Assembly (NCBI GenBank): GCA_002104905.1
Contig: MCFE01000665.1
Location: 1 to 48,427 of the forward strand
Source of the DNA: Basidiobolus meristosporus CBS 931.73
Lineage: Eukaryota; Fungi; Basidiobolomycota
Direction of reading: 5' to 3'
DNA length: 48,427 bases
Part shown: piece by piece, positions 12,120-27,617 of the stretch
Numbering within the stretch: position 1 is the first letter of the stretch
Layout of the letters: each line of letters starts with the position of its first letter
Made by a program: the position numbers and the translations under genes
Notes under the pieces: model-generated
What the model was told of the DNA's origin: nothing
The model's input: only the letters and a program-made list of their open reading frames with translations
The model's database searches: none

Positions 12120-12852
12120 TGTCAAGTAACTAGAGGATTATCACAATCCCTACAGTAGAATTTTGCAACAGTGATAGGAATATCAAGAGTCTGCAGCACC
12201 TCTTTAGGAGCAGTGCTGAAGGAAATGCACTTAAATATTGCAAGGATTTATTGTAAAGACTGGAAGATGAGGTGCAAACCTTGCAGCCAAGGCTAAAGAC
12301 CAGGTTATATTGCAATTGGTGAACAAACAATGACATAGAGCCACAGGGCTCCTGCCTAAGTTATTGGCAAAGGGTGTTATGGCAGAGATGCTTCTTGAAT
12401 GGTGGATATAATGGGGTTACTTGTTCATTATGAGGTTGGGCCTAATGCTGGTGCTGTTTATAGGTACTTGTTGAGGTCAGTACAATTTGTGATTGTGTTA
12501 CAACTGGAGATTCAATACAAAGAAATCAATTTGTGTGGATGAAAAGTAAGAGCATGAATCAGTAAGTAAGGAGTGTGAAAAAGAGGGAATAGCCAAGTAG
12601 AGTACACAAACATTGGAGATGGTTGAATGTCCAGGATCAGAGAGTGAGAGATGATAAAGTACTAATTGCAGCCAATTAAGGATTGTTGGGATGAAAATTT
12701 TTGACTTGGTTTTTGTGATATTTGAGATGAAATTTTGTTCTTATGGTTTTTCCATTGTGTCCCAATGGCAGCAATACCTCCTAGTCACAGGATTTAAATT
12801 TTGTGATGGCCTTTTGGTGGGATCATCTCAATTATTTTTCATAGGGTGTAGG
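12120..12852 (+). repeat. Unclassified repeat family, copy C (head-to-tail behind copy B)
   Basis: Aligns to the reverse complement of ~1290-2050, including a perfect cttttggtgggatcatc. Ends ...tttcatagggtgtagg. Confidence 0.7.
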
Positions 12853-12872
12853 ATTCAGACTGGTCTTGGTTA

Positions 12873-13130
12873 ACAGCATTGACAACTGTAAGCTGCAGCT
12901 TTTGTCTTTCATCTCTGTTACTCTGCTTTGAGTGGACACTCTTTCCTCACCTTTATCTTGGTTACTGCCAGGACTATCACTGCAACTCCACAAGGGTTCA
13001 ATTAGTCTTGTACTATATTAACTTTGTCCTATTTGCTGTAGTAATGCTTATGTTTCTGTCTACTTTTCTGTTGCTGGCACTCTTCTGTGTAACTGCTTTT
13101 CTATTACTGCCTGCTTAGAGCTCTCATCTG
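12873..13130 (-). repeat. Unclassified repeat family, fragment D (direct copy of ~2273-2530)
   Basis: Shared cagcatt..ctgcagctttt, ttactgccagg.ct.tcactgc and gctctca blocks. Confidence 0.6.
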
Positions 13131-15198
13131 CACTTGTAAAGGTATTTCAAAAGTTGTAACCACCCATGCTAGTCTACAACACCAGCTTTGCATGTTAATT
13201 TGTCAACAAAACATGCAACCTGGTGGATCTACCATCTATATGGAGTTTCAATGGGGCTGTAGGTGTATTGATAGATATGCCTCCTGCCAACAATCTTACA
13301 GAATCGAATTATTATCTCGGATAGAGTTCAACAATTTGGATGCCATTCTCTGGGAGCAAGGGATTGAAGACAATGCGCACTTTTCGGGGATCATTTGGTC
13401 AGCTTTTGGGACTCATGATAGCGCAGAATTGCAATATTGGTCTGTGATCACTGCCACATATATGAAGTCATATCTGATGTAACATCTCGTGACCGACCAA
13501 TCATTACCATCCCCTTGAGTAGGACGAATTTCTGGCCATCGCAGAACATGTATCAAATCTCAAACCTGTAAGCCGGGCTACGCAGCAACCCACAAGGGAT
13601 AGTCTCAACCTCAGGCTTCATCCCGATGGCTTCAAACTCATCAGCTGGGTTATCACAGAGTATCCGGCGAGTGGAAATCTCCAGCGGGCGGCATACCAGT
13701 AGGTATGGGATCAGGACGATCAGCAATCCATCAAAGCACTTGCTCCACTACACGCATCCTACGATTGATATACTGTACAAAGCTCAGCCAACGGACAACG
13801 TCTTTAAATGTGGTAAGGCAAGGGCCTGCAGGCGCTGTGGCATCTTGATACCACCAGCATACAAGAGCTGAAGGGTTCAAAATTGATCATCGTCTTCACA
13901 TGCTCGCTTGTATATACTCGGACACGTAGCAACAGGCCATCCAGGTGGAGCATAAATGTACAGCAATCGTAGCTCTTTGTTTCCAGATGCAATGCACTGC
14001 GCCTGGCAAGAACGGCCTGAACTGAGGATTGATACCTTGTTCCGAAGGCCAACTGAAACGCCGGGTTCACATCTCTTTACTATCCAGAGCACATTATGAG
14101 ATGAACGTGAACAATAGCAGCACGCAAATCCGATGCACCAATAAGATGCGCATCTTCCACAGGCTTTATTAACATCGGCGCGCTAGGGCACCCAAATAGC
14201 CAGGGCGTATCGTGGTCACCAGCAAGGTGCCTATTTATAACTCATGCTGATGAAACCCTGTAGCGAGCAAGATAGGGCAAGGTTACACGCCATCACTGCC
14301 GACCATCGGTTGCCCATTCTATGCATCACATCCGCACTGTCCCAGAGTGAAGGCCTGATGCTTATTCTTGCCTCACCCGCACGTCAACCTGGCGCAACAA
14401 ACACCCCCCCCCATTGTTCGATCCCGTCGTGGACGAACCACACTGACCTTAGCGCATGCCAATCCAAATTTGGCGCGGTGCTATTGGCAATCATTTGAAA
14501 TGGCGTAGTGTTCAGGAAAATTTTCCGGCATCGGTTCTTGCGGGAGTGTCGAACATCCCGCGTCCATTGGCTTGGACAAAGGATGTTTTCGGGGGGGAAG
14601 TCCGATGCCACCTCGCACCAAATTATTAAAAATGCCTTGTGTGAGTTGAACTGGACTGATATTAAGTCCCAAGTGACATTTGCAGAGGAGAATATGCACC
14701 ACTTAATTAGATATTTCCACCGCTTCCAGTAATAGATTGTTTATACCCCAAATAAGGCCAGCATGCCCATTCTTAGTCACCGATCCATCCGTACTTCCCA
14801 GAATGACCATTGTATTATCTGGAATCATCGGGATTCCCCTCAACTCCCTTGTAAATATGGCATTCCGGAATTCGGATGTTTTTCAGGCAATGAATGAAAA
14901 CAACCACCATTTTGATGCCGGAATTTGTTTATGAATTTGGGAAAATGGCTAGCTGACTGGTCTTTATTGCAGCAATGTTATTGTTAATCCCTATTATAAA
15001 CTTTAAATAACCTAAACGCTCCGTGCTGTTACCAATCTTCTCTCCAATTCATTCGTTAACCATTTGCTAGATTAACGAGGCATCCGCTTGACTGCATTCC
15101 AGTTGTTTATTCTTTGTCGCATCGGAACCCACTCTTAATTAAACTCCCTTAACCCTAACCCCCTAACACTCCTAAAGCCAGAGTAAACCATTTAAACC

Positions 15199-17407
15199 AT
15201 GTCCACAGTCGCGTTCTACAAGGTATTTGGGGACAAGACAGGTGAATCCCCTGGCGCCCCAGTACGAAGGAAATGTAAGTTGGATGTGGTCAGATTTCGG
15301 GTCACTGCCATATTAAGCCCGTTACCCCTTCAGCCTCCAGAAGAAGCATGCGGCCATTCAGCGTGACTGACGCCAACGATTTACCTCCGACTCTCATTTT
15401 GGAGCCTTCCAACGACACGTTTTCGAGAAAGAGCCTTGAACTATTCGACAGAATCAAGATTGGCCGCCAAGTATCGGCCAAAACCCTCCCAGAGTCCCAC
15501 AACGGTTTCTTCAACAGCCAGGTGCTTTCGCGCACCCACGCGGAGGTCTGGTACGAAAATGGAAAGGTAAGGCTGCGTGGAGTTCTGGCTTGTGTGCTCG
15601 CCGTATTCAACTGCTCCTAGGTTTACGTGAAAGACCTCAAGTCAAGTAACGGAACTTATCTGAACAGTCAACGGCTCTCGCCGGATTCTTGCGAGAGCGC
15701 ACCCTTCGAGCTGAAGACAGGAGATACCCTAGAATTCGGGATAGACGTCGAGTCCGAAAAAAATGGTACTTATCAATGATATACGTTGGTGCCTTCTAAA
15801 GAAACTCACATCGGCACTCCCTAGATTACAAGAAAATCACATGTAAAGTGCTAATCCTACATGATCCGCTGCAAAGTCCCAAGAACGACGACGGATATAC
15901 TGCCAACACTCCGTCACAACTCAGGTAATGCCAGCCCGCACGTTGGTTGCGATCAGTAGCGCTAAACGCCGACATTTGTCCATTTCTTTCCACGGCAGAA
16001 CCCAGAACGAAATCCCAGACACCATTAGAAAGGTAAAAGCTGCTGCCTCTTACCACTGATCCCTGGGCGGACGCTAACCATGCACTCCTTGTACCTTTAC
16101 TCCACATCGTCTCCAGACGAAGTCGGACTCAAATGGCCAGAGACAGCCAATAGACATTGCACAACTACCCACCAAGCAGCTCGAGAACGAAAGCGCCCCC
16201 AAACTGATGGCCAAACTTCAGGTATTCTACATTACGTATATTCCATCGCACCGACAAATACTTACGTGCGAGCAGAGTGAAGTTGATGCGGCCACAGAGA
16301 CGGGCCATGAGCTCGACAGGATCAACCAGATGGTCGAGGAGCTGAGCAATCAATTACGGGATATCACGGTACATTTGGCGCCAACTGTCGTATCTTTCCA
16401 GCATACTAACCGTTGCTATGGGATGCTAGCTACCCGCTGCACATGCCCCCCAAAAGGGTTTAGAGGAGCTGAATTACTATGTGAACCGATGCTCATCTTT
16501 AGAAGAGCAGCTGGCCGAGGCGAAGAGCACCATCCAAGGGTTGGAGCAACTTCGCACCAACCAGATCAGAACCGACAAAGAGAATCTGGAGGTGCGCAAG
16601 AGATTAGTCGAAGAGATGGATGAAATTCGCCGACGGACCCAGCGATTCGACGAACTCGCATCAGAGCAGCAGCAGATTGTGGAAGAGAAAGCTCTCATGC
16701 AAGAACGAATCGAGGCCTTGACGTCGGAGAATGAAAGACTGAAGGAGGAAGTCGCCTCGAACAACTTGCAAAGTGACCAGCACAAGCAACTTGAGTGCGA
16801 ATTGAAAGAGACGCTTGCCGAAAAGCATCGGTTGATGGAGGAGAATACCCACCTTCGGAATCAAGCGAATATGGCCACTGCACGAAGCGAAGAGCTGAAC
16901 GAGAGCCTCAATGCCATGCGTCAAAAGCTCTTGAAATCTGAAGACCTGGTGTCAAAATTGACCTCCAACACACAAACGCTGGAGGAGTCCATCGCTCAGT
17001 TGAACGAGCAAATCCAAGTATCTGCGCAGCAATCGGAATTGGTTAAGCAACAGCTGGTAGAGAAAGAAGCCGAGCAAGACCAATGGACTAGAAAGGAGCA
17101 AGAGTACGCTGACAAGGTCAAGAGTTTGGAGCGCCGTAATCTCGAGATCAGCCAACAATTGGCCAGTTTTGAGAATATGAAGATGCACCTTCGTGAGTGG
17201 ACCAATCGTAGGGAAGGGATCTCCCAACTGCCGCTAAGTCCAAAACTCAGCCATCGCTCGAGCCTGGAGTCTATCCGACTAAGCGACAGCCCTCGCATCA
17301 TCAGCCAGCTGAATTTCTTGCGATCCTCGGCCTCGACTCCGTCCTCACCCTCCCAACCCCATCCGCCCCCTTCCCCCACGCCATCCACGTCCAAGTTTCA
17401 TTTTTGA
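15199..17407 (+). CDS. FHA-domain coiled-coil protein, SLMAP/Far9(Vps64)/Far10-like (STRIPAK component), ~9 exons
   Basis: Spliced FHA reads IKIGRQ..P..HNGFFNSQVLSRTHAEVWYENGK|VYVKDLKSSNGTYLNSQRLS..ELKTGDTLEFGIDV. GT-AG introns at 15275-15333, 15567-15620, 15766-15824 and others keep frame into the long coiled-coil exon ending at 17407. Confidence 0.85.
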
Positions 17408-18297
17408 TTGCGGGTTTTCCGCTTGACGCCCCTCTCCTTTTTGCCACTTCATTTGTGTACTCTCTATATATCGCAAGCGGGCATCCACCCGAGGCAGGCC
17501 ACCGCCGCATTCCATGTGGACTGGCTGCTCGCCTGTCATTCTAACCACTATCTTCTCCTTGCTTACCAGTAATTAATTTATTCTTCTTTCGCGTCTTGTC
17601 TTTGGTGAAAGAGGGAATAAAGTAGACCTAACATGTTGTGAAAAAGAGTGAGGCGGTCTTGTGTGTTCATGGTGATGGGCGGGCCCACAGGTACCACCAA
17701 GCTCCTGAGCCGCGAAAGCACGCATGAACCTCTTTTAGACAAGTGATGCGGGCTGGCGATTTTGCATGCAAAATGCGTGGAGCATGAAGCATCCTCGCCG
17801 ATTGAATGGCCTGGCCATGTAGTGGGTCGACGAGGCAACCAATCCATCCCCCTCAGCCAATGTGTCGGAGGGTGGCGGAGTCAGATGATGATTTCCATTG
17901 CATTCCTACATGATCCAAATCATGACAAATCTTCATTGCGGCGGTCAGACGGCATCCGCTGGTCTTCCAAAAGCAACTGAATTCAGGGAGATGATTACTT
18001 GTAGGCTTTCAATTCGATGCCGAAGGGAATCGATGACGCAACGAATCCCATCTGGATTCCAGTATTCGTGTTCCGTGGTGAATTTTCATGAAGTCCAGCT
18101 GCCTACCTGGTGTGGTGTTGCCACCAGAAAATTTAGGAATCATTTCGATTGGTTTACCATGGATATCGTAAGCAATTTTGTTGAGCAGTTAAAGAGTGCA
18201 TCCACACTTCCCCTCAACCACAAATAATTTCCTTTCCTCAACCACCCTTTCCTCTGTCTTCCCCCCTCTTCCCCCCAAGTGTACATCTATTGTAGAA

Positions 18298-20950
<2,653 letters not shown>

Positions 20951-23671
20951 GTGTAGATCACCCCGCCCCACTCCTCCTTGCCATACGTCTCCCATGCGTG
21001 CTATCTGATGTTGAATAATCCACCCCGTCTCCTGGTTGTTTCGACCCGTAATATTTTGTCTGCTTGTTTGCCGAACAGGTTGACGAACCTAACCGCGAGT
21101 CCACACTTGAACACCAATAAAATCTAATTTACGAAAGTTTCCCAGCACAATGACCCTCGATTGACAGGGTAGATGAGTTTTTCGCCTGCAGCTAGCGGGA
21201 ACCAAGCGCCAAGCCAGTATTCGTAGAACGGGGCTGACTCTACCCGTTGATGGCCATCTGCGATTGCCAAGAATCCAGGGGGTCAACGGTAACCCGTATG
21301 GAATGTCTCAGTCGTGCGCGGGTTTGATCTGAATCCAGCTGAGACTAAAGACACATCTGCCTAGCAGACCTGGTGAGAGTCTAACTAATGCAACCGCCTC
21401 AGTGATGAGTGTGTGAATAGCAGTCTGCAACACATCCATGCTGCCCGCTTTGGGTTAATTAAAGGAATCAGCAGAGAAGCGGGATAACCAGGTGCTGAGC
21501 TTAGCTGAGTTCAAAATCTGGTTTGCGTGTAGTGATCCGCCCAAATAAGGGCATATGGGATCAATTTATGTGCGGTTAGGAATAGTACTTGCGAAAGGGG
21601 CAACCCACCCATTCCTCGATAATGCGAGCATTCTCAGATGAAACCGGTTCAGCTATGGATCCCACCTCACGCTATTCTACATTGGTTCGTGCGAGGTGCT
21701 CTCCAAACGGCCCAGATGAAGCGGAAGTTCCCACCACCGCGCAGAGAAGTTGGGCTGAGGGCCGCTTCGCTTCTGGTCTAAGCCCCATCCATTCAAGGGT
21801 GCGAATCGGCTGGGCGCGTCCACACTTCCACCCGAGCACTCGTCATTCGTTGCGCTGCCCACCCAAGCAGCCCCTTAATTACGATCTAAATCACCGACGC
21901 TTGGTTCCAAAAGGAAGCGATACCGGTACGCACCCTCGATATGGGTATCAATTGTGGGAGGCGATGGCAACTCCCCAGTAGCACAGGTATATGCAAGTCA
22001 GATATTAACAGTGATGCCATCCCTATCGTCAATATCTCAGCTACTCCCCACCGGTATTTCCATGCTAGATGGCTCTGAATCCAAGCCTTGGTCTATGCCC
22101 ATATCCATCGTCGACCCCTTTTATGTAAAACCTAGGTCCATATTCAATCGGGTATTTGATCAACTTCTGTATTTGACTCTTCACCTGCTGATCATCCGGG
22201 CTGAGCCCAACATCTAAGCCCCAACTGCCCTTTCACCCCCCCCCATGGCTCACCGGTCTCCGCCAACTGGATGGACAACGTGGACTCCGCGACCCGGACC
22301 GGCATCAACACCGAGCACCTCGCCGCCCCAAAACCACTATGCAATTGCATCGAGGATGAGCGCTCTAGGCTGGCGGCTGCTGCCTCAAGCCAGGCCGGCC
22401 TGCCATCATCGCCATGGATAGATTGGTTTGGGAGCAGAGAGATCCATCAGCGAAACGAAAATGTATGCCCCTCGTTCCCATAAGATCCTCCTGATGTCGC
22501 TCCGCCCTAGTCTACTTTCGGAAGCAGTCTAATGGGAAATCCATTGCGTGCCTATCCTCACATCACCACGATTGCCTGTGGAAACCAGGATTCTCCAGCT
22601 AGCCTCGCATAGATCAGTTACATCGCCAAACGCCATCACGTCTTAGTACCTTAAAAATGCCAATATATCCTGGAATCGCCACGGAGACGCCCCCTCCTGT
22701 TTCAAAGAGGGTCTGTTCATTAGCGGACCACCCACAGATTGGACTCTGATTTGAATCCATCAATGAGTATGAGCGGTGTCAAGTGGCCGGAGCGAGTTAA
22801 TTTTATATGCTTAGCCCACGCATGGAGAGGCCAGTGGCATGGATGTCACACCTGGTGTCCATGGTGCGGATGTCCACGTCCAACCGGCCACCCCTTGTTG
22901 CGGCTCTTTTCCGCAACCATCCAAGCACAAATCAAGGGCAGCGATGCTTAGCCGCCTGCCCCCCTCATCTCTCCAGGGTGCTTCTACATCCTTGTGCAGA
23001 GCACTGCATCCCAATAGGCTACCCTTAGCACCTCATGGCTGCTGACACACTAAAATCCTCGTACGACCACCTGCATGAGCCCTCGGACAACCACCAGCAC
23101 ACACTCGCCATCCTCAAACCCACTGTGCTCAGAGAGATCCGAATCAGCTCTCCTCCAGCTCACTGACAACATCAGGCCACGTGATGGGTTGATATATGCA
23201 TTCACTTCAAGGATTGTTATATGCAATCAAGGTGATAAACGTCACGCGACTGGTTGTTAATGTACTTACCCTCTATAATTGGTTTTACTCAGTTTACCCC
23301 ATACCCGTGTGGCTCATGTCGGCCAAATTCCGGATTTCTCATTTTAAGCCTAGGAAATCCGCATATTTTTGGGCTCCTTTATTTCATTTGTTGCAATTAT
23401 TCATCACAACTGAGGTTGCATTTCCCGCTCTATCATCGAGGGATTCTTATATATAGGGGAGCCTTCTCAATCCTACGAATCGCAAAAACCATCTAGCCTA
23501 CTCTTCACCCCCCCACCTATCTACAACGCTACCTTCAAGGGAATTCCATACGCACCTCACTGTCATCACCAGCATCATCATTATCTTTCTCAACTTAACC
23601 TAAACCGGTTATAGCAGTCACACCCACCACTTCCCTCCCCCCCCAACCTTCATCTACACATCAACTATCAG

Positions 23672-24910
23672 ATGAACCACAGCGAAGAAATCACCACGAT
23701 CTTTGTTATCGGGTTCCCGGAAGATATGCTGGAAAGGGAATTCCAAAACATGTTCATTTTCTCGCCCGGCTTTGAAGCAGCGACCCTTAAGACGCCGCAG
23801 GCCAACGAGCCGGAGGACGGTGCCCGTAAACAAACCGTAAGTTTCGAGGCTCATTTTGTAGGGACTCCCCCACCCGCTGGATGTGATGTACTGACCCCCC
23901 TCCCGTAGATTGGTTTTGCCAAATTTCGCTCCCGACTCGAAGCTCTCCAAGCGCGAGATATCTTGAGTGGCAAGAAGGTCGATACCGAGCGTGGCTGCAT
24001 CCTGAAGGCGGAGATGGCGAAGAAGAACCTGCTGACCAAGAGAGGAGTGGTCACCGAAGCCCCCTTCGTCAACTCCAGCATGAATCTGGTCCAGGCATTA
24101 ACCCCGAACGGCGTGTTCAGCCTTGGAAAGAAGAAGTATCTTGGGGACCCTGCGCTAAACGCAGCATACGACAGTCTGTTCCCAGGAGGTCCGATTCTTC
24201 CCAGTGGCCTGCTTGCCTCGCCCCAGCCACCGATTCACGAATTCAGCATGGATTACGAGACGGCCAGTCTTGTCTCCTCATCACCCCCGTATGATGATGA
24301 GTCACTCGACACGCATGAAGAGACCAACCTTCCCAACGATGGCGCGCTTGGGACCAACGTTTCCCGAGTCGTCGGCTACAACCCCAAACGCTCCATGACC
24401 GCCCCGGCAACATTTGACGGCATCGACAACTCCTTCTCGTTCCCGAAATTCACCATCTCCACCTCGTTTGGACAGCCTAACCCAGTATTCGGAGGGGGTG
24501 CCAGCCTGTCCCCAACCTCCGATTTCCCGCCCTATCCAGTTGGCGGTGGAAGCGAGACGGTACTGTCAACCTCGTTGTCCTCGTCAAACTCCAACCCGTC
24601 GGCTATGCCGGCGATCACTCGAGTCAACTCCGGGGACCAAAACCCCCCATGTAACACCCTGTACGTAGGGAATCTTCCCATGAGCACCATGGAGGAGGAG
24701 CTACGCCAGTTGTTTTCCGCCCAGCCGGGGTACAAGCGGCTCTGTTTCCGGATGAAGCCCCACGCGGGCCCCATGTGCTTCGTCGAGTTCGAGGATATCC
24801 AGTTCGCCACCTACACGCTGCGTGAGCTGCAAGGACACCTTCTGAGCAACTCGATCAAGGGGGGGATCCGACTGAGTTACTCGAAAAATCCACTCGGGGT
24901 TCGAAGCTAA
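23672..24910 (+). CDS. Whi3/Scw1-like two-RRM RNA-binding protein (~388 aa), one intron 23837-23908
   Basis: N-terminal RRM TTIFVIGFPEDMLEREFQNMF...IGFAKFRSRLEALQARDIL and C-terminal RRM CNTLYVGNLP..LFSAQPGYKRLCFR..GPMCFVEFED..GGIRLSYSKNPLGVR, characteristic of the Whi3 family. Confidence 0.88.
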
Positions 24911-25149
24911 ATCGTAACATTCGTGTGAGCAGCATTGCATCTCAGCTCCATCAGATAGAGAGACCATTTTTCTAAAGTTCATTTCATATCCCATCGGCAT
25001 TCTATGAGCCCATGATCTAATCCTAGCAGCATCTATCTTTTCAATGAGTGGGACATCCATCCTACCCATCCAAGTAAGCAAGTAAACCCTCGAGTATCCA
25101 GACATCTCACCTTTACGAGAATTCATGTGATTAACCCTATAATGCTATT

Positions 25150-25185
25150 CCCATCCCCATCCCCATTCCCATCCCCATCCCCATC
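25150..25185 (+). repeat. (CCCCAT)n hexamer microsatellite, ~6 units
   Basis: cccatccccatccccattcccatccccatccccatc seen directly. Confidence 0.9.
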
Positions 25186-26627
25186 TTCCCCCTGAGTTCC
25201 AGAACCTCTGCCACATCCAAACCAGAATTCAGGTTGGATTGTCAGTCGAAGTAGTTCCTTCTCCAACGAAGTTCGTCGATTCAGCCGCCCCACCTCATGT
25301 AAATACCCTGAATCTTCCCCCCTACCACCGCCCGTTTTCATACGAACTTCGTGAGCGATGTTCTGCTCTCCTGCTCTGGGATCCATTTTCCACATCCACT
25401 TCATTTCCACTGTCATCTTCTCTTTCAACATCGGGATCACTCTATTTAAGCACAAATAAATCTTGATTACTGGTGAGATCCGAATGGGAGGGTGGAGCCG
25501 CGCGAGGGGAATTCAATTGGAGGAATAGGTGGCGACGGATAGGGGATGACAAGAGGGGGCTTGAAATGCGGGATGTGGGATGTGGGCAAGGGGAACAGGA
25601 AAGACACCAATAGCTCCCTCCATTCTGGCCAGCCAGTTAGATCCAGCGTCCAATGGGGCTACAGTATAGGGTTGGGTGACTGGTTTTGGAAGGCGAAACC
25701 TCCTGCCCCCTTATCCTCCCCATCCAGCAATACAACCCTCCATACGCATATTCCCTAACCATCGCGGTTTGGACTACTGGTGCACGCATCAGCGGGCCGC
25801 TCTTCGGTGATCCGCGGGAAGGTGCAGACGTCCCAGGGAAGCCTGAGCAAAGGTGAGGGATGGGGTGGGAATTGGTACAAGTTGACTGGCTACAGGACCA
25901 GCGGGCTCCAAGGGTCGAGAATCTCGTCCCCGCGAAACGGAAACCGATGCAGGCGATGGGTCGGAGATTTCCGGTCGGCATGGTCAGTATGCGGTGATCC
26001 AACATCACCTCCTCTCACCCACACCCACCACCTCCGACCCTATGTGCCAACCAAGAGATGGATCTCTACACCAGGTCAGATCACCATCACCCATTCACGG
26101 GGCAGTTATACTCCTAAGATGGGAGAAAGCAGGTAGATGGATTGATGAACCGAAGCTGAAGGGTTCCATATCCATGAAGCACATGAAACGATGTGCGGCC
26201 GGGGAGAGCGGAAAGAGCAAGGGGCGGAAAATGGAGATGGAAAGTAGGGATCCAAACGCCTCCCCGCCCCCGCCCCTCCAACAAATCTCTCGCAGTTTGG
26301 TACCACCTGGTTTTTATTCCCGTCAAAAGTCGCGAAGACACTCCGCTAGGAAAAGTGGGCATGGAAATAGATCAATGGGTCAATGGACGAGCGAGCCAGA
26401 TTGGGATTACGGTCGACGCTCATATATATATTTAAGGTGTATAGGGATGGAAACTAATTATTGGTGGGTGGGGGGGGGTGGAAGCTTGGAGGTCGGGAGT
26501 TCCGGAATAAATACGAACTCTTCGATGAAAAGGGGTTATAATGGGCAGTGGAGGATGTTGGCAACCATTCATTGACTGATGGGTGATTGTTCGTCTCAAA
26601 GGCCGACCTCCATACGTCGCATCCCAT

Positions 26628-27617
26628 TTAAGATCTCTTTTGCTTGACAGTCTCGAATCGAGTGGGCCCCTCGATGCTGGCCAACCAGCAGATTCCAACC
26701 AAGAGGATGAGAACCATGATGAATGTGGTCAACAAGCCGGTAAGGAGTCCTACGGTCCAGAATTTGCTGCGAAGCTCTTCGGCACGGCTGACATTCTTCC
26801 CTGGGTTGGTGGTGGGGCCGGGTGCGACTTGAGAAGGGCTAGGTGCGCTGGCAGAGGAGCCGCCGGGCACGTTGGCAGAGGAGCCGCTGGGTGCGCTGAC
26901 TGAGGGCCCGCTGGGAGAGGCAGTGGGAGCAGCGACAGGGGTTGAAGTGGGGGCAGGAGGCGCTTGGCGCTTCTGCAAATGGGCCTTACGATCTAACACG
27001 ACGACGTAATCCTGGGCTACAGCTTGAATGTGCTCCAGGGCCTTGTCAACGGCACCTATGAGAAACGGTGAGTTCATACGATCGGAACCTGCCACATCAT
27101 GACGCAAAGAAATATCAACCTTGAATTCCGGAGATGACATAGGAGGAATCGTCCTTCAAGTTGGCCACTGGAGAAAAAAGGGCTCGGTTAGGTTAAAGTG
27201 GAGCCTAAGGGAGTAAGTAGAAGCGTACCATCAGCAAGGTCCAAATGCTTGGCTCCACAGTTGCTCTTGATGCTCTCGACATTTTCGGCATGAGGAGTGT
27301 CGTCCGCAACCATACGCTAAGTGGTCAAATAGGGGGCTGCGTAAGTAAGAGGAGTACAACAATCATCGCTCGCCGCTTTACACCTACCTTGTGAAGAGAG
27401 AAGCTTGGGGAATCCAAGTACTCGGCAGTCTATGTGGGAGAAGGGAGGGAATGATTAGCCACGCCTATTCGGCCCTGACGAACACAGCGTTGCTGCCTGG
27501 ACATACCTGCTGCTTGTTGAGCACAAGGGCCACTTTAGCAGGGCACTCAGCATAGGCGGTGCTGACGACGGTGGTGGCCACCACAGCGAAAACTTTGAAG
27601 AGGCTGGAGGAACGCAT
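26628..27617 (-). CDS. Voa1/Ac45(ATP6AP1)/Big1-like single-pass membrane protein, ~5 exons
   Basis: Signal peptide MRSSSLFKVFAVVATTVVSTAYA, a Ser/Pro-rich stalk, and C-terminal FWTVGLLTGLLTTFIMVLILLVGICWLASIEGPTRFE resembling the Ac45/Voa1 TM-tail consensus. Frame-preserving GT-AG introns. Confidence 0.7.

Noticed and set aside
14416-14425. GTTCGATCCC resembling a tRNA T-loop
   Set aside because: No D-arm, anticodon arm or acceptor stem can be folded around it.
15146-15175. Telomere-like CCCTAA repeats upstream of the FHA gene
   Set aside because: Only two or three imperfect units within a C-rich promoter. Not a telomere remnant on this evidence.
21089-23496. Many 60-130 aa ORFs between cdc48 and the Whi3-like gene (also 25123-26575)
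   Set aside because: They overlap on both strands, show no motifs and give no consistent splice pattern, as expected by chance in GC-rich intergenic DNA.
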